In this document: piece by piece, positions 11,151 through 21,054 of the stretch
Numbering within the stretch: position 1 is the stretch's first letter
Layout of the letters: each line of letters opens with the position of its first letter
Source of the DNA: an uncultured Bacillota bacterium
Lineage (GTDB): Bacteria > Sysuimicrobiota > Sysuimicrobiia > Sysuimicrobiales > Segetimicrobiaceae
Assembly: GCA_963804645.1 (NCBI GenBank)
Contig: CAWDRG010000009.1
Location: forward strand, 1,340,628-1,404,627
DNA length: 64,000 bases
Reading direction: 5' to 3'
Made by a program: the position numbers and the translations under genes
Notes under the pieces: model-generated
What the model was told of the DNA's origin: nothing
What the model saw: the letters and a program-made list of their open reading frames with translations, nothing else
Databases searched by the model: none

Positions 11151-11459
11151 ATGATCACGCTCACCCACTATCTCGTGCTGAGCGCGCTCCTGTTTGGGCT
11201 CGGGCTGTACGCGGTGCTCACGCGCCGGAACTCCGTGGCGATGCTGATGGGCATCGAACTGATGCTGAACGCCGCCAACATCAACCTCGTCGCGTTCAAC
11301 AAGTACGCGGCACCGGGGGCGATGCAGGGGCAGATCTTCGCGCTGATCGTGATCACGATCGCGGCGTGCGAGGCGGCGGTCGGCCTGGCGCTGATCCTCG
11401 CCGCGTACCGCCGGTTCGAGACGACATACGTCGACGAACTCGACACGATGAAGGGATAG
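11151..11459 (+). CDS. nuoK: NADH-quinone oxidoreductase subunit K
   Basis: GIELMLNAANINLVAF, AACEAAVGLAL. Confidence 0.95.
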   Translation: MITLTHYLVLSALLFGLGLYAVLTRRNSVAMLMGIELMLNAANINLVAFNKYAAPGAMQGQIFALIVITIAACEAAVGLALILAAYRRFETTYVDELDTMKG

Positions 11460-11466
11460 GCGGCCG

Positions 11467-13326
11467 GTGACCTCGCTCGTCTGGGTGATCCCGCTCCTGC
11501 CCCTCGCCGCGTTTGTCGCGGTGACGTTCTGGGGCGAGCGCCTGCCCGGGCGCGGGGCGTACGTCTCGATCGCCGGGATCGTGCTCGCCGGGGCGGCCGG
11601 CCTGGTGGTCCTCGCCGACGTGATCGGCGGGGCCCGGGCCGACGTGACGTACACGTGGCTGACCCTCGGCACGCGCCCGCTGGTCGTGGGCTTCGTGGTG
11701 GATCCGCTCAGCGCCGTGATGCTCGCGATGGTCGGGGTCGTCGCCTCGCTGATCACGATCTACTCCGTCGGCTACATGGCGGGCGACCCGCGCTACCCGC
11801 GGTTTTTCGCGTACCTGTCGCTGTTCCAGTTTTCGATGCTGTTCCTGGTGCTCGCCGACAACCTGCTGTTCATCTACGCCGGGTGGGAGCTCGTCGGCCT
11901 GTGTTCGTACCTCCTGATCGGGTTCTGGTTCGAGCGGCCGGCCGCCTCGCGCGCGGCGCTGAAGGCGTTCGTCGTCACCCGGGTCGGCGATTTTTCGATG
12001 ATGATCGGCATCCTGCTGCTGTTCCTGCACACGGGGTCGCTGCGCTTCGACGAGATCTTCCGGGCGCTCGGGGCCGGAACGTTCGGCGGGCCGACGCTGA
12101 CGCTCGCGGCGCTGCTCGTGTTCGGCGGCGCCGTCGGCAAATCGGCGCAGGTGCCGCTGCACGTCTGGCTGCCGGACGCGATGGAGGGCCCGACCCCCGT
12201 CAGCGCCCTGATCCACGCGGCGACCATGGTCGCCGCCGGCGTGTACCTGGTCGCCCGGGCGTATCCCGTGTTCTTCTTGACGCCGGGCCATCAGGCACTG
12301 ACGATCGTGGCCTATGTCGGCGGGATCACGGCGCTCGCGGGCGCGACGATGGGCCTCGTCGAGAACGACATCAAGCGCGTCCTCGCCTACTCGACGATGA
12401 GCCAGCTCGGCTACATGTTCCTCGGCCTCGGCACGCTCGGCTACACGGCCGGGATGTTCCACCTGCTCACCCACGCGGTCTTCAAGGCGCTGCTGTTCCT
12501 CGCGGCCGGCAGCATCATTCACGCGGTCGGCACGAACGACATGAAGCGGATGGGCGGCCTGACGCGCGCCCTGCCGGTCACGTTCTGGACGTTTCTGATC
12601 GGGACGCTCGCGCTCACGGCGATCCCGCCGTTTGCGGGCTTCTTCAGCAAGGACGCGATCCTGGTCGCGGCCTACCTGCACGACAAGACGCTGTGGGGGC
12701 TCGGCCTCGCCGGCGCGTTCCTCACGTCGCTCTACATGGGGCGGCTCTGCTGGTTCACGTTCGCCGGCACGTACCGCGGGGGCGACCCCGAGGCCGCGCA
12801 CGGCGCGCCGCACGAGAGCCCGCGGGTCATGACCGTGCCGCTGATCATCCTGGCGGCGCTCGCCGTGGTGCTCGGCTGGGTGGGCGCGGACGTGTTCGGC
12901 AATCCGTTCGCACGGTTCATCTCCTTCCCCGAACTCACGGCCGCGCCGGGGACGCTCGGGCTGGTCGGCGCGTCGCTCGCCGCCGCGGTGCTCGGCTGGG
13001 CGGCGGCGGGGGCGCTCTATCCCTGGCGCCTGGTCTCGCCGGCCGCACTCCGCCAGGGGCTCCCGTGGCTGTACACGCTGCTCGTGCGCAAGTACTACGT
13101 GGACGTGGTCTACGACTGGGTGTTCGTGCGTGGGGGCGCGGTCATCGTGTGGATCGCGGACGCGTTCGACCGCTACGCGATCGACGGGCTCGTCAACCTG
13201 CTCGGATGGCTCGCGCGCCAGGTTGGGTTCGGCGTGCGGGTCCTGCAGACGGGGCGTGAAGAGACGTATCTGCTGCTGGCCGCGCTCGGCGCCCTCGTGA
13301 TCGTGGTCGTGAGGTTGGTCTGGTGA
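11467..13326 (+). CDS. nuoL: NADH-quinone oxidoreductase subunit L
   Basis: WELVGLCSYLLIGFW, GKSAQVPLHVWLPDAMEGPTPVSALIHAATMV, THAVFKALLFL. Confidence 0.95.
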   Translation: MTSLVWVIPLLPLAAFVAVTFWGERLPGRGAYVSIAGIVLAGAAGLVVLADVIGGARADVTYTWLTLGTRPLVVGFVVDPLSAVMLAMVGVVASLITIYSVGYMAGDPRYPRFFAYLSLFQFSMLFLVLADNLLFIYAGWELVGLCSYLLIGFWFERPAASRAALKAFVVTRVGDFSMMIGILLLFLHTGSLRFDEIFRALGAGTFGGPTLTLAALLVFGGAVGKSAQVPLHVWLPDAMEGPTPVSALIHAATMVAAGVYLVARAYPVFFLTPGHQALTIVAYVGGITALAGATMGLVENDIKRVLAYSTMSQLGYMFLGLGTLGYTAGMFHLLTHAVFKALLFLAAGSIIHAVGTNDMKRMGGLTRALPVTFWTFLIGTLALTAIPPFAGFFSKDAILVAAYLHDKTLWGLGLAGAFLTSLYMGRLCWFTFAGTYRGGDPEAAHGAPHESPRVMTVPLIILAALAVVLGWVGADVFGNPFARFISFPELTAAPGTLGLVGASLAAAVLGWAAAGALYPWRLVSPAALRQGLPWLYTLLVRKYYVDVVYDWVFVRGGAVIVWIADAFDRYAIDGLVNLLGWLARQVGFGVRVLQTGREETYLLLAALGALVIVVVRLVW

Positions 13327-14822
13327 CGGGCCTGCTGAGCGTCATCTTGTGGCTGCCGGTCGCGGGCGCGCTGGCGCTGCTGGTCGTGCCCCGGGACCGG
13401 CTGGCGGCCCTGCGGGGCGTCGCGCTCGGGACCGCGCTCGCCGACCTCGCGGCGGCATGCTGGGCCGTGGGCGCGCTCGACCGGGCGCACGCCGGCACGC
13501 TGCAGCTGGTGGAGCAGGTGTCCTGGATTCCGTCGATCGGGATCAGCTATCACCTCGGCGTCGACGGGCTCAGCCTGCCGCTCGTCGTGCTCACCGCGCT
13601 GCTCGTCGTCCTGTGCGTCATCTACTCGTGGCGGGTCGACGTGCGGGTCAAGGAGTACATGATCGTGCTCCTGCTGCTCGAGAGCGGCATGATCGGCGTG
13701 TTCCTGGCCCTCGACCTGTTCCTGTTCTACGTGTTCTGGGAAGTCAGCCTGATTCCGATGTACTTCCTGATCGCGATCTGGGGCGGCCCCCGGCGCGCGT
13801 ACGCGTCGACGAAGTTCTTCCTCTACACGCTGGCCGCGTCGCTCGCGATGCTCCTGTCCATCCTGGTGGTCTACCTGCACGCGACCCCGAGGACGTTCGA
13901 CCTGCCGGCGCTCGTCGCGCAGCATCCGCTCGCCGGCGACCTGCCGCTCGCGGCGCTCGCGTTCTGGGGATTCTTCCTCGGGTTCGGCGTCAAAGTCCCG
14001 CTCGTCCCGTTCCACACTTGGCTGCCGGATGCGTACGCGGAGGCGCCGACCTCCGGCAGCGTGCTGCTCGCCGGCGTGATGTCGAAGCTCGGCGCGTACG
14101 GGTTCATCCGGATCGCGCTGCCGCTCCTGCCCGAGGCGTTCCGCCCGATGGCCGAGCTGGTGGCCGTGCTGGCGGTGATCGGCGCGGTGTACGGGGCGCT
14201 GGTGGCGACCGCCCAGACGGACCTCAAGCGCCTGATCGCGTACAGCAGCGTGGGCCACCTCGGCTACGTGATGCTGGGCGTCGCGGCCGCCGCGGCCGCC
14301 GGGAGCAACGTCCAGGCGGCGACGATCGCCCTCACGGGCGCGACCCTGCTGATGGTCGCGCACGGCATCATCACCGGCGCCCTGTTCTTCCTCGCCGGGG
14401 TGCTCGGCGACGGCGAGGCCCGGACCCGCAACCTTACCGAGTTCGGCGGCCTCGGCGCGCGCCTGCCGGTGTTTACCGGCATGACGATGCTGGTGATGCT
14501 GGCGTCGCTCGGGCTGCCCGGGCTCGTGGGGTTCGTCGCGGAGTTCTTGATCTTCCTCGGCGCGTTCCAGATCTACCCGGTGCTGACGGTGCTGGCGCTC
14601 GCCGGCGTGGTCTTGACCGTCGCGTACCTGCTGTGGGCAATCTCCCGGCTGTTCTTCGGCCCCCTGAACACGCGCTGGGCGGCGCTGCCCGACATGGACG
14701 GGCGGGAGCTTTGGGCGGTGGTGCCCCTCGGCGCGCTCATGGTGCTGTTCGGCGTGTTCCCGCGGCCGCTCGTGGACGTGATCAATCACGCGATGGTCGG
14801 CATCCTGAGCCTCGTCCGGTGA
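13323..14822 (+). CDS. nuoM: NADH-quinone oxidoreductase subunit M
   Basis: LFYVFWE, VKVPLVPFHTWLPDA, DLKRLIAYSSVGH. Confidence 0.95.
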   Translation: MTGLLSVILWLPVAGALALLVVPRDRLAALRGVALGTALADLAAACWAVGALDRAHAGTLQLVEQVSWIPSIGISYHLGVDGLSLPLVVLTALLVVLCVIYSWRVDVRVKEYMIVLLLLESGMIGVFLALDLFLFYVFWEVSLIPMYFLIAIWGGPRRAYASTKFFLYTLAASLAMLLSILVVYLHATPRTFDLPALVAQHPLAGDLPLAALAFWGFFLGFGVKVPLVPFHTWLPDAYAEAPTSGSVLLAGVMSKLGAYGFIRIALPLLPEAFRPMAELVAVLAVIGAVYGALVATAQTDLKRLIAYSSVGHLGYVMLGVAAAAAAGSNVQAATIALTGATLLMVAHGIITGALFFLAGVLGDGEARTRNLTEFGGLGARLPVFTGMTMLVMLASLGLPGLVGFVAEFLIFLGAFQIYPVLTVLALAGVVLTVAYLLWAISRLFFGPLNTRWAALPDMDGRELWAVVPLGALMVLFGVFPRPLVDVINHAMVGILSLVR

Positions 14823-14835
14823 CGGGAGGACGCGC

Positions 14836-16275
14836 GTGAATGTGCAACTGATTCTGCCGGAGCTGCTGCTCGGAGGCCTGGGGCTCGGTCTCTTGGTGCT
14901 CGAGCTGTGCACGGCGCCCGAGGAGAAGTGGATCGTCGGCTGGGTCGCCGTGGTCGGCCTGCTGGTCGTGCTGGTGCCGTCCGCAGCGCTCTTGGCCGGC
15001 GCGCCGCGGACGGCGTTCGCCGGCACCTACGCGGTCGACCCGTTCGCGGCGCTGTTCAAGCTCATCGCGGTGGTGAGCGGGGTCCTCGTGATCCTGTCGG
15101 CGATGGAGTTCTTCCGCGGCCGTCCGTCGGCGCACGAGGGCGAGACGTACGCGCTGATCGTGTTTCTGGTCCTCGGGCTCGCCGCGATGGCCGCGGCCAC
15201 GGACCTGATCGTGCTGTTTCTGGCGATCGAGTTCGTCTCGCTAATCTCATACGTGCTCGCCGGCTCGCTGAAATCGGAACGCAAGAGCAGCGAGGCGGGG
15301 GTCAAGTACTTTTTCTACGGCGCGGCCGCGTCCGCGGCCATGGTGTACGGGTTCTCGCTGCTGTACGGCGCTGGCGGTACGACGAATCTCGTGCAGCTCG
15401 GACGCGCGCTGGCCGCCCTGCCGACGCCGTTTCTGGTCGTCGGCTCCGTGCTGGTGTTGGCCGGGCTGGGGTTCAAGACCTCGCTCGTGCCGTTCCACCA
15501 GTGGACGCCCGACGTCTACGAGGGCGCGCCGACGCCGGTCACCGCGCTGCTCTCGGTCGGCAGCAAAGCCGCGGCGTTCGCCGCGCTGTTGCGCGTGTTC
15601 GAGGTGGCCCTTCCGCCGGGTGCGTGGGTGCCGATCCTCGCCGCGCTCGCCGCGGTGACCATGAGCCTCGGAAACCTGGCCGCCCTCGCGCAGCAGAATA
15701 TCAAGCGAATGCTGGCGTACAGCTCGATCGCGCAGGCGGGGTACATGCTGATCGGCGTCGTCGCGCTGGCGGCCTCGCCGACGCCGATCGGCGCCGGGAC
15801 CGGGGCGCTGCTCTACTACCTCATGGCCTACGTGTTCACGAACGTCGGTGCGTTCTGCGTCGTGATCGTCGTGGAGCGGGCGCTCGGGTCCGACGCCATC
15901 CGCGACTACGCCGGGCTCGCGCAGCGCGCGCCGTGGACGGCGCTCGCGATGGCCGTGTTCATGCTCTCGCTCACCGGCGTCCCGCCGACCGCGCTGTTCT
16001 GGGGCAAGTTCAACCTGTTCGCCGCCGCGCTGCAGAGCGGGTTCGGCTGGCTGGCGATCGTGGGGATCCTGAACAGCGCCGCCTCGTTCTACTACTACGC
16101 GGGGGTGGTCCGGGTGATGTACGCGCAGAGCCCGGCCGATCCGTCGCCGCTGCCGGAGGACGGGCTGGTGCGCACCGTGCTCGGGCTGACGGTCGCCGGC
16201 ACGCTCGTGCTGGGCGTCTTTCCCGAGCCGTTCGTCCGGCTCGCCCAGACCGCTTCGATCCTGCTCCGCCCGTAG
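14836..16275 (+). CDS. nuoN: NADH-quinone oxidoreductase subunit N
   Basis: SSEAGVKYF, PFHQWTPDVYEGAPTPV, NIKRMLAYSSIAQAGY. Confidence 0.95.
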   Translation: MNVQLILPELLLGGLGLGLLVLELCTAPEEKWIVGWVAVVGLLVVLVPSAALLAGAPRTAFAGTYAVDPFAALFKLIAVVSGVLVILSAMEFFRGRPSAHEGETYALIVFLVLGLAAMAAATDLIVLFLAIEFVSLISYVLAGSLKSERKSSEAGVKYFFYGAAASAAMVYGFSLLYGAGGTTNLVQLGRALAALPTPFLVVGSVLVLAGLGFKTSLVPFHQWTPDVYEGAPTPVTALLSVGSKAAAFAALLRVFEVALPPGAWVPILAALAAVTMSLGNLAALAQQNIKRMLAYSSIAQAGYMLIGVVALAASPTPIGAGTGALLYYLMAYVFTNVGAFCVVIVVERALGSDAIRDYAGLAQRAPWTALAMAVFMLSLTGVPPTALFWGKFNLFAAALQSGFGWLAIVGILNSAASFYYYAGVVRVMYAQSPADPSPLPEDGLVRTVLGLTVAGTLVLGVFPEPFVRLAQTASILLRP

Positions 16276-16309
16276 GACCTTTCTTTACGCGCCTTTCGTG
16301 CGTTCTGTC

Positions 16310-16338
16310 TTGACACCCCTTCACGTGTTTGTTACGAT
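16310..16338 (+). promoter_or_regulatory. Sigma70-type promoter of the V/A-ATPase operon
   Basis: TTGACA (16310-16315), 17-nt spacer, TG-extended TACGAT (16333-16338). Confidence 0.7.
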
Positions 16339-16430
16339 CTGAGCGCGCGAACGGCCTGGGTCTGTCCGGGCCGCGTGTCCGAGATGACGCTCGGTTCACG
16401 GTCGCTATTTTTTTGTCTATGGGAGTGTTC

Positions 16431-16781
16431 ATGGCGCAGCCCGACACCTCCAACCTGTCCTCCGACGACCGCATTCTCCACGAAATAGCCGCAACGGAAC
16501 GTACGCTCCAGGAAGAACTTGTCCGCGCCCGCGCCGAGGCGGCGCAGATGGTGGACCAGGCGCAGCGCGAGGCGGACGGGATCCGCGCGGCCGCGCGCGA
16601 ACAGATCGCCCGCGAGGAGGCGGCTGCCGCGTCCACGGTCGCGGCGGAGACGAAGGCGACCACCGCGGAGGTGCTGCAGCGCGCGCAGGCCGAGGCCGAG
16701 ACGATTCGCGCGCACGCGGCGCAGCACGTGCCGCAGGCGGTCGAGCTCGTGGTGCACGAGGTTCTCGGGGGTCGTGCGTGA
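16431..16781 (+). CDS. V/A-type ATPase subunit G/H (peripheral stalk)
   Basis: Ala/Glu-rich coiled coil; first gene of the operon. Confidence 0.75.
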   Translation: MAQPDTSNLSSDDRILHEIAATERTLQEELVRARAEAAQMVDQAQREADGIRAAAREQIAREEAAAASTVAAETKATTAEVLQRAQAEAETIRAHAAQHVPQAVELVVHEVLGGRA

Positions 16782-18736
16782 TCGTTGCGATGAGCCGGGT
16801 CACCGTCGTCGGGCCCCGGCGCCTGCAGCGGCGGGTCGTCGAGTCGGTGCAGGATCTGGGCGCGCTCCACGTGGACCACGTCCGCCCCGCGGACGAGGCG
16901 TTCGCCCCGCGCGCACTCTCTGACACCGACCAGGGTGCCCGCGCCGCGTGGGACAGCACGCGGGCGCTCGCCGAGGGCGTCCTCGCGCTCCTTCCCGTCA
17001 TCGAGATTCCACCGGTGGAGACGGCATCGTACGCCGCGCAGACCCCGGACGTCCTCCGGGATCGGGTGGCTCCGGTCGACGCGCAGGCGAAGGAGCTGAC
17101 CCGCCAGCTGCTTGACGCCGAGGAAGAGCTCGAGCTGCTCCGCGCGTACGGGTCGACGATCCGCGTGGTCGGACCGCTGCTCGCGCTGCTGGAGGGCAGC
17201 ACGCGGGTGGAGTCCGCGGGGTTCATGCTCGAGGCGAAGCCGGGGGCCGCGGAGGCCGTGCGGAGCGAGCTCGCCCGTGCTACGCAGAACCGGGCGGTCT
17301 CGGTGATGCGCCCGGTCGACGACCGGCGGATCGGCGTGGTCGTGGCGTTCGCGCCCGAGGACGCCGACGCGGTGCGGGCCACATTGACCCGCGCCGGCGC
17401 GAGCGAACTCCGGCTGCCCGCGAGCGTCCAGGGGATGCCGCTGCGCGAGGCGGTGCCGTTCCTCGAGGAGCGCGGCCGCCGCCTGCCGGGCGAGCTCGAG
17501 GAGATCCGAGGACGCCTGATGCGCCTCTCGCAGCAGTCCCGGGCGGAGGTCGTGGCGATCGCGACCGTCGCGCGCGACGCGGTGCACCGCTTCGAGCTGA
17601 TGCTGCAGACGCCGCAGTCGGAGCACGCGTTTCTCCTGTACGGGTGGGTGCCGACGCGCGAGGTCCCGACGGTCCGGACTGAGATGGCGAAGCGGTTCTC
17701 GAAGGACGTCGTGGTCTACGACGAGCCGGCGCCGGTCCATCACGCGGAGCAGGTGCCGGTGCTGCTCGACAACCCCGCGTGGCTCCGTCCGTTCCAGCTG
17801 TTCTTGGGGATCTTCGATCCGCCGCGGTACGGCGAGTTCGATCCGACCATCCATTTCGCGATCGCCCTGCCGCTGTGGGTTGGCCTGATCGTCGGCGACG
17901 TCGGGTACGGCCTGATCTGGGTGGCGATGACCCTGTTCTTCGCTGGGAAGGCGAAAGCGGGCCGGCCGTGGCGGGCCGTCATCGCCGGGCTGGACCTGGG
18001 CTTTACGCTGTCCCCGACGGTGCTCCGGCAGGTGACGACCCTGCTCACCTATATGACGGTGTGGATCATGATCTTCGGGGTGATCTTCGGGGAGTTCTTC
18101 GGGCAGCTGCCGCAGCAGGTGATTCCGGGGTTTCACCCCATCTTCGACCGGGTCACGGGCCTGACGACGTACCTGTATCTGTCGGTGGGGTTCGGGCTGG
18201 CGCAGGTGTACCTGGGCCAGATCATGCACATGATGAAGGCCGTCCGGCACCACGACCGGCGGGGACTGTTGGAGGCGATCGCGCTGCTCAGCGGCGGGAC
18301 GGCGATGTTCCTGTGGGTCGCGACCCAGGCGCAGGTGCTGCCCACGGCGTTCTTCAGCCCGGTGATCCTGGGCGTGGTCGTCTTGTTTGTCCTGGTGCTG
18401 GTCTTGTCGTGGTCGCTCAGCAGCCTGATGTGGGTGATGGAGGCGATCTCCACCTTCGGCGCGTTCATTTCGTATGCGCGAATCTTCGGGGTCGGCATGG
18501 CGGCGGTGGCGCTCGCGATCGTCGCCGATACCGTGGGGGGCGGGTTCAGCATCTTGATCTTGGGCCTCCTGGTCGGGCTGCTCGTGCACCTCATCTTCTT
18601 CGGGATCACGATCATCGGGCACGTCCTCCAACCGGCCCGTCTCTACTGGGTCGAGTTCTTCTCGGCATTCAGGTACTACGACGACACCGGACATCGCTAT
18701 CGTCCATTCCAACGTACCGGAGGTGGGGTCTCGTGA
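16778..18736 (+). CDS. ntpI: V/A-type ATPase subunit I
   Basis: Soluble N-terminal half plus TM half; GDVGYG, ISYARI, QPARLYWVEFF. Confidence 0.93.
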   Translation: MIVAMSRVTVVGPRRLQRRVVESVQDLGALHVDHVRPADEAFAPRALSDTDQGARAAWDSTRALAEGVLALLPVIEIPPVETASYAAQTPDVLRDRVAPVDAQAKELTRQLLDAEEELELLRAYGSTIRVVGPLLALLEGSTRVESAGFMLEAKPGAAEAVRSELARATQNRAVSVMRPVDDRRIGVVVAFAPEDADAVRATLTRAGASELRLPASVQGMPLREAVPFLEERGRRLPGELEEIRGRLMRLSQQSRAEVVAIATVARDAVHRFELMLQTPQSEHAFLLYGWVPTREVPTVRTEMAKRFSKDVVVYDEPAPVHHAEQVPVLLDNPAWLRPFQLFLGIFDPPRYGEFDPTIHFAIALPLWVGLIVGDVGYGLIWVAMTLFFAGKAKAGRPWRAVIAGLDLGFTLSPTVLRQVTTLLTYMTVWIMIFGVIFGEFFGQLPQQVIPGFHPIFDRVTGLTTYLYLSVGFGLAQVYLGQIMHMMKAVRHHDRRGLLEAIALLSGGTAMFLWVATQAQVLPTAFFSPVILGVVVLFVLVLVLSWSLSSLMWVMEAISTFGAFISYARIFGVGMAAVALAIVADTVGGGFSILILGLLVGLLVHLIFFGITIIGHVLQPARLYWVEFFSAFRYYDDTGHRYRPFQRTGGGVS

Positions 18737-19056
18737 AGCACCGGAAGCTCCTGCTAGGATTGAGCGTCGCGGCTCTCTGCGTGATCGGGTTTGCGCTGGC
18801 CGCGTCCGCGCAGCAGCCGGGCGCGAAGCCCGAGGTCAGCCCGGGCGCCGGCGCGATGGGGATCGGCGTCGGCCTGGCGATCGGCCTCGGCGCCGTCGGC
18901 ACCGGGATCGCGCAGTCCCGCCTCCTCGGTGCCGCCGCGGGCGTCATCGCGGAGCGGCCGGAAATGTTCGGACTGATGCTGGTGCTGTTCGCGCTCCCCG
19001 AGACGCTCGTCATCCTCGGGCTGGCGCTGGCGTTCTTCCTCTACGGCAAGATCTAG
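18733..19056 (+). CDS. ntpK: V/A-type ATPase proteolipid subunit K/c, single hairpin with signal-like N-terminus
   Basis: GLGAVGTGIAQS and FALPETLVILG with the ion-binding Glu. Confidence 0.9.
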   Translation: MKHRKLLLGLSVAALCVIGFALAASAQQPGAKPEVSPGAGAMGIGVGLAIGLGAVGTGIAQSRLLGAAAGVIAERPEMFGLMLVLFALPETLVILGLALAFFLYGKI

Positions 19057-19080
19057 CGCGTCCGGGAGGATCATGCTGCT

Positions 19081-19662
19081 ATGGCAACCGAGTTGAGCCG
19101 TCTGCTGGAACAGGAGGCGAAGGCCGAGAAGGACAAGGCCCTCGCCGACGCCCGCGTGCGCGCGGACGAGATCCTCGCGGCGGCCCGCCGGGATGCCGAG
19201 GGGTTCCTCGAGGTGGCGCGGTACCGCCTGGCCACCGAACGCGTGCAGGAGATCGCGCGGGCGACCAGCACGGCCAGCCTGCGCGCGGCCGCGCTGGTCC
19301 TCGCCGCGAAGGATGAGGCGATCCAGGCCGTCTTCGCGCGGGCGGAGGCTGACCTGCGCACGGCCGCGGCGGATCCCGCGCGGCGGCGCGCGATGATCAC
19401 GACGTACCTGGGCGAGGCCGCCCGCGACCTGACCCCGGGCCACGTGGTCGAGGTCTCGACCGGGGACGCCGAGGCGGCGCGCGACGCCGCGAACGCGCTT
19501 GGGCTGAGCGTCGAGGTGCGCGAGAACGCGAACCTGACCAACGGCGTGCGGCTCGTCAGCGCTGACGGCCGCTCGGTGGTCGAGAACGCGCTGGGAGGCC
19601 GGCTCGCCCGCGCGCGGCGGGAGTTCGTGTCGCGCGTCGCCGAGGTGCTGTGGGGCGCGTGA
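19081..19662 (+). CDS. ntpE: V/A-type ATPase subunit E
   Basis: N-terminal coiled coil, C-terminal GVRL...VENAL..RL; operon position. Confidence 0.85.
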   Translation: MATELSRLLEQEAKAEKDKALADARVRADEILAAARRDAEGFLEVARYRLATERVQEIARATSTASLRAAALVLAAKDEAIQAVFARAEADLRTAAADPARRRAMITTYLGEAARDLTPGHVVEVSTGDAEAARDAANALGLSVEVRENANLTNGVRLVSADGRSVVENALGGRLARARREFVSRVAEVLWGA

Positions 19663-19689
19663 GCCTCCGCAGCGGCGAGCGTCCCACCC

Positions 19690-20709
19690 ATGGGTGATTT
19701 CGCGTACATCAACGCCCGCGTCAAGGTGATGAACTCGCGCCTGCTGCCGGCGGCCCGCCTCGACGAGCTGTTTCGCGCCTCCGATCTCGACGCGGTGATC
19801 CAAGGCCTCGCGGATACCCCGTACAACGTGGAGCTGGCGGAGGCCCTCAGCCGCTTCACGGGCGTGCGCGCCGTCGACGAGGGGCTGTCGCAGAACTTCT
19901 CGCACACGACGCAGCGGATTCTCAGCTTCGCCGACGGCGAGGCGCGCGACCTGATCGAGGTCGTGCTGCTGCGCTACGACCTGCAGAGCCTGCGCGCGAT
20001 CATTCGCGGCAAGCTCACCGGCCGCAGCCAGGACGAGATCGTCGGCACGCTGTTTCCCGGCGGATTGCTCACCGAGGTGAAGCTGCGGGAGCTCCTGCAG
20101 CAGCCGGACGTCCGCGCGATCGCGGACACGCTGACGACCTGGATGCACCCGCTCGCCGGCGCGGTGCGCGAGGGGGCGGACGCCCTGCAGCGCGGCGGCA
20201 GCCTGCTCGACGTCGAGTCGGCGCTCGACCGCGCCTACGTGCGGTACGGGAGGCGGATCGCGGACACCGAAGGGGACGGAGATCTCCGCCGGTACCTGCA
20301 GGCGGAGGTCACCATGACCAACGCGATGACGGCGCTGAAGCTCCGGCGCATCAAGGAGCTGCCCCGCGAGGAGCGCGAGCGGTTCTTTGTACCCGGCGGG
20401 ACGTTGCCGCTCGACCGCTTCCTCACGCTCGCGGATCCGCAGTCGAGCCTCTCCGAGATCGCGTCGATGCGGCTGTTCGGGGCGGAACTTGCCGGCACCG
20501 AGACGCTGTCCGAGATCGAACGCGCGATTGAGCAGGCGTTCCAGCGGATGGCCGCGCGGATGTACATGGCCGATCCGCTCGGCGTGGGCGTCGTGATCGG
20601 GTACCTCGCCCGCAAGGCCGCGGAGATCAGCAACCTGCGCGTCATCGCGCACGCGCGCCAGCTCGGCATTCCGGAGGACGTGGCGCGTCGGGAGATCGTC
20701 GGTGTCTAA
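19690..20709 (+). CDS. ntpC: V/A-type ATPase subunit C
   Basis: FAYINARVKVM..RLL N-terminus; EISNLRVIA. Confidence 0.9.
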   Translation: MGDFAYINARVKVMNSRLLPAARLDELFRASDLDAVIQGLADTPYNVELAEALSRFTGVRAVDEGLSQNFSHTTQRILSFADGEARDLIEVVLLRYDLQSLRAIIRGKLTGRSQDEIVGTLFPGGLLTEVKLRELLQQPDVRAIADTLTTWMHPLAGAVREGADALQRGGSLLDVESALDRAYVRYGRRIADTEGDGDLRRYLQAEVTMTNAMTALKLRRIKELPREERERFFVPGGTLPLDRFLTLADPQSSLSEIASMRLFGAELAGTETLSEIERAIEQAFQRMAARMYMADPLGVGVVIGYLARKAAEISNLRVIAHARQLGIPEDVARREIVGV

Positions 20710-21019
20710 GCTCGCGGTGATCACGGATGGTGAGACGGCGACCGGGTTTCGCCTCGCGGGCGTCGAGGTGCGCGAGGCGGACACCCCGGTCCAGGCGCTC
20801 GAGCAGCTGCAGGCGTGCATCGCCGCCGGCTACGGGGTCGTCGCCGTCAACGAGGATCTGCTCAAGGGGACCGAGGACGCGCGCGCGCGCCTGATGCGCG
20901 GCCGCGACCTGCCGATCATCGTCCCGCTGCCGCCGGCGCGGGCAACGCAGGAGAGCGGCGAGGCCTACATCGCGCGCCTCGTGAAAGAGTGCATCGGATT
21001 CGCCGTGAAGATGAAGTAG
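20702..21019 (+). CDS. ntpF: V/A-type ATPase subunit F
   Basis: [19 protein letters not shown] signature. Confidence 0.92.
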   Translation: MSKLAVITDGETATGFRLAGVEVREADTPVQALEQLQACIAAGYGVVAVNEDLLKGTEDARARLMRGRDLPIIVPLPPARATQESGEAYIARLVKECIGFAVKMK

Positions 21020-21054
21020 GAACCACACCGGAGCGCGTGAGGAGGACGGAAGCC

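Noticed and set aside
16010..18712. 900-aa minus-strand ORF and similar long antisense ORFs (e.g. 28597-30957, 18754-20820, 7601-9406)
   Set aside because: Shadow frames of well-supported plus-strand genes in high-GC DNA; no motifs.
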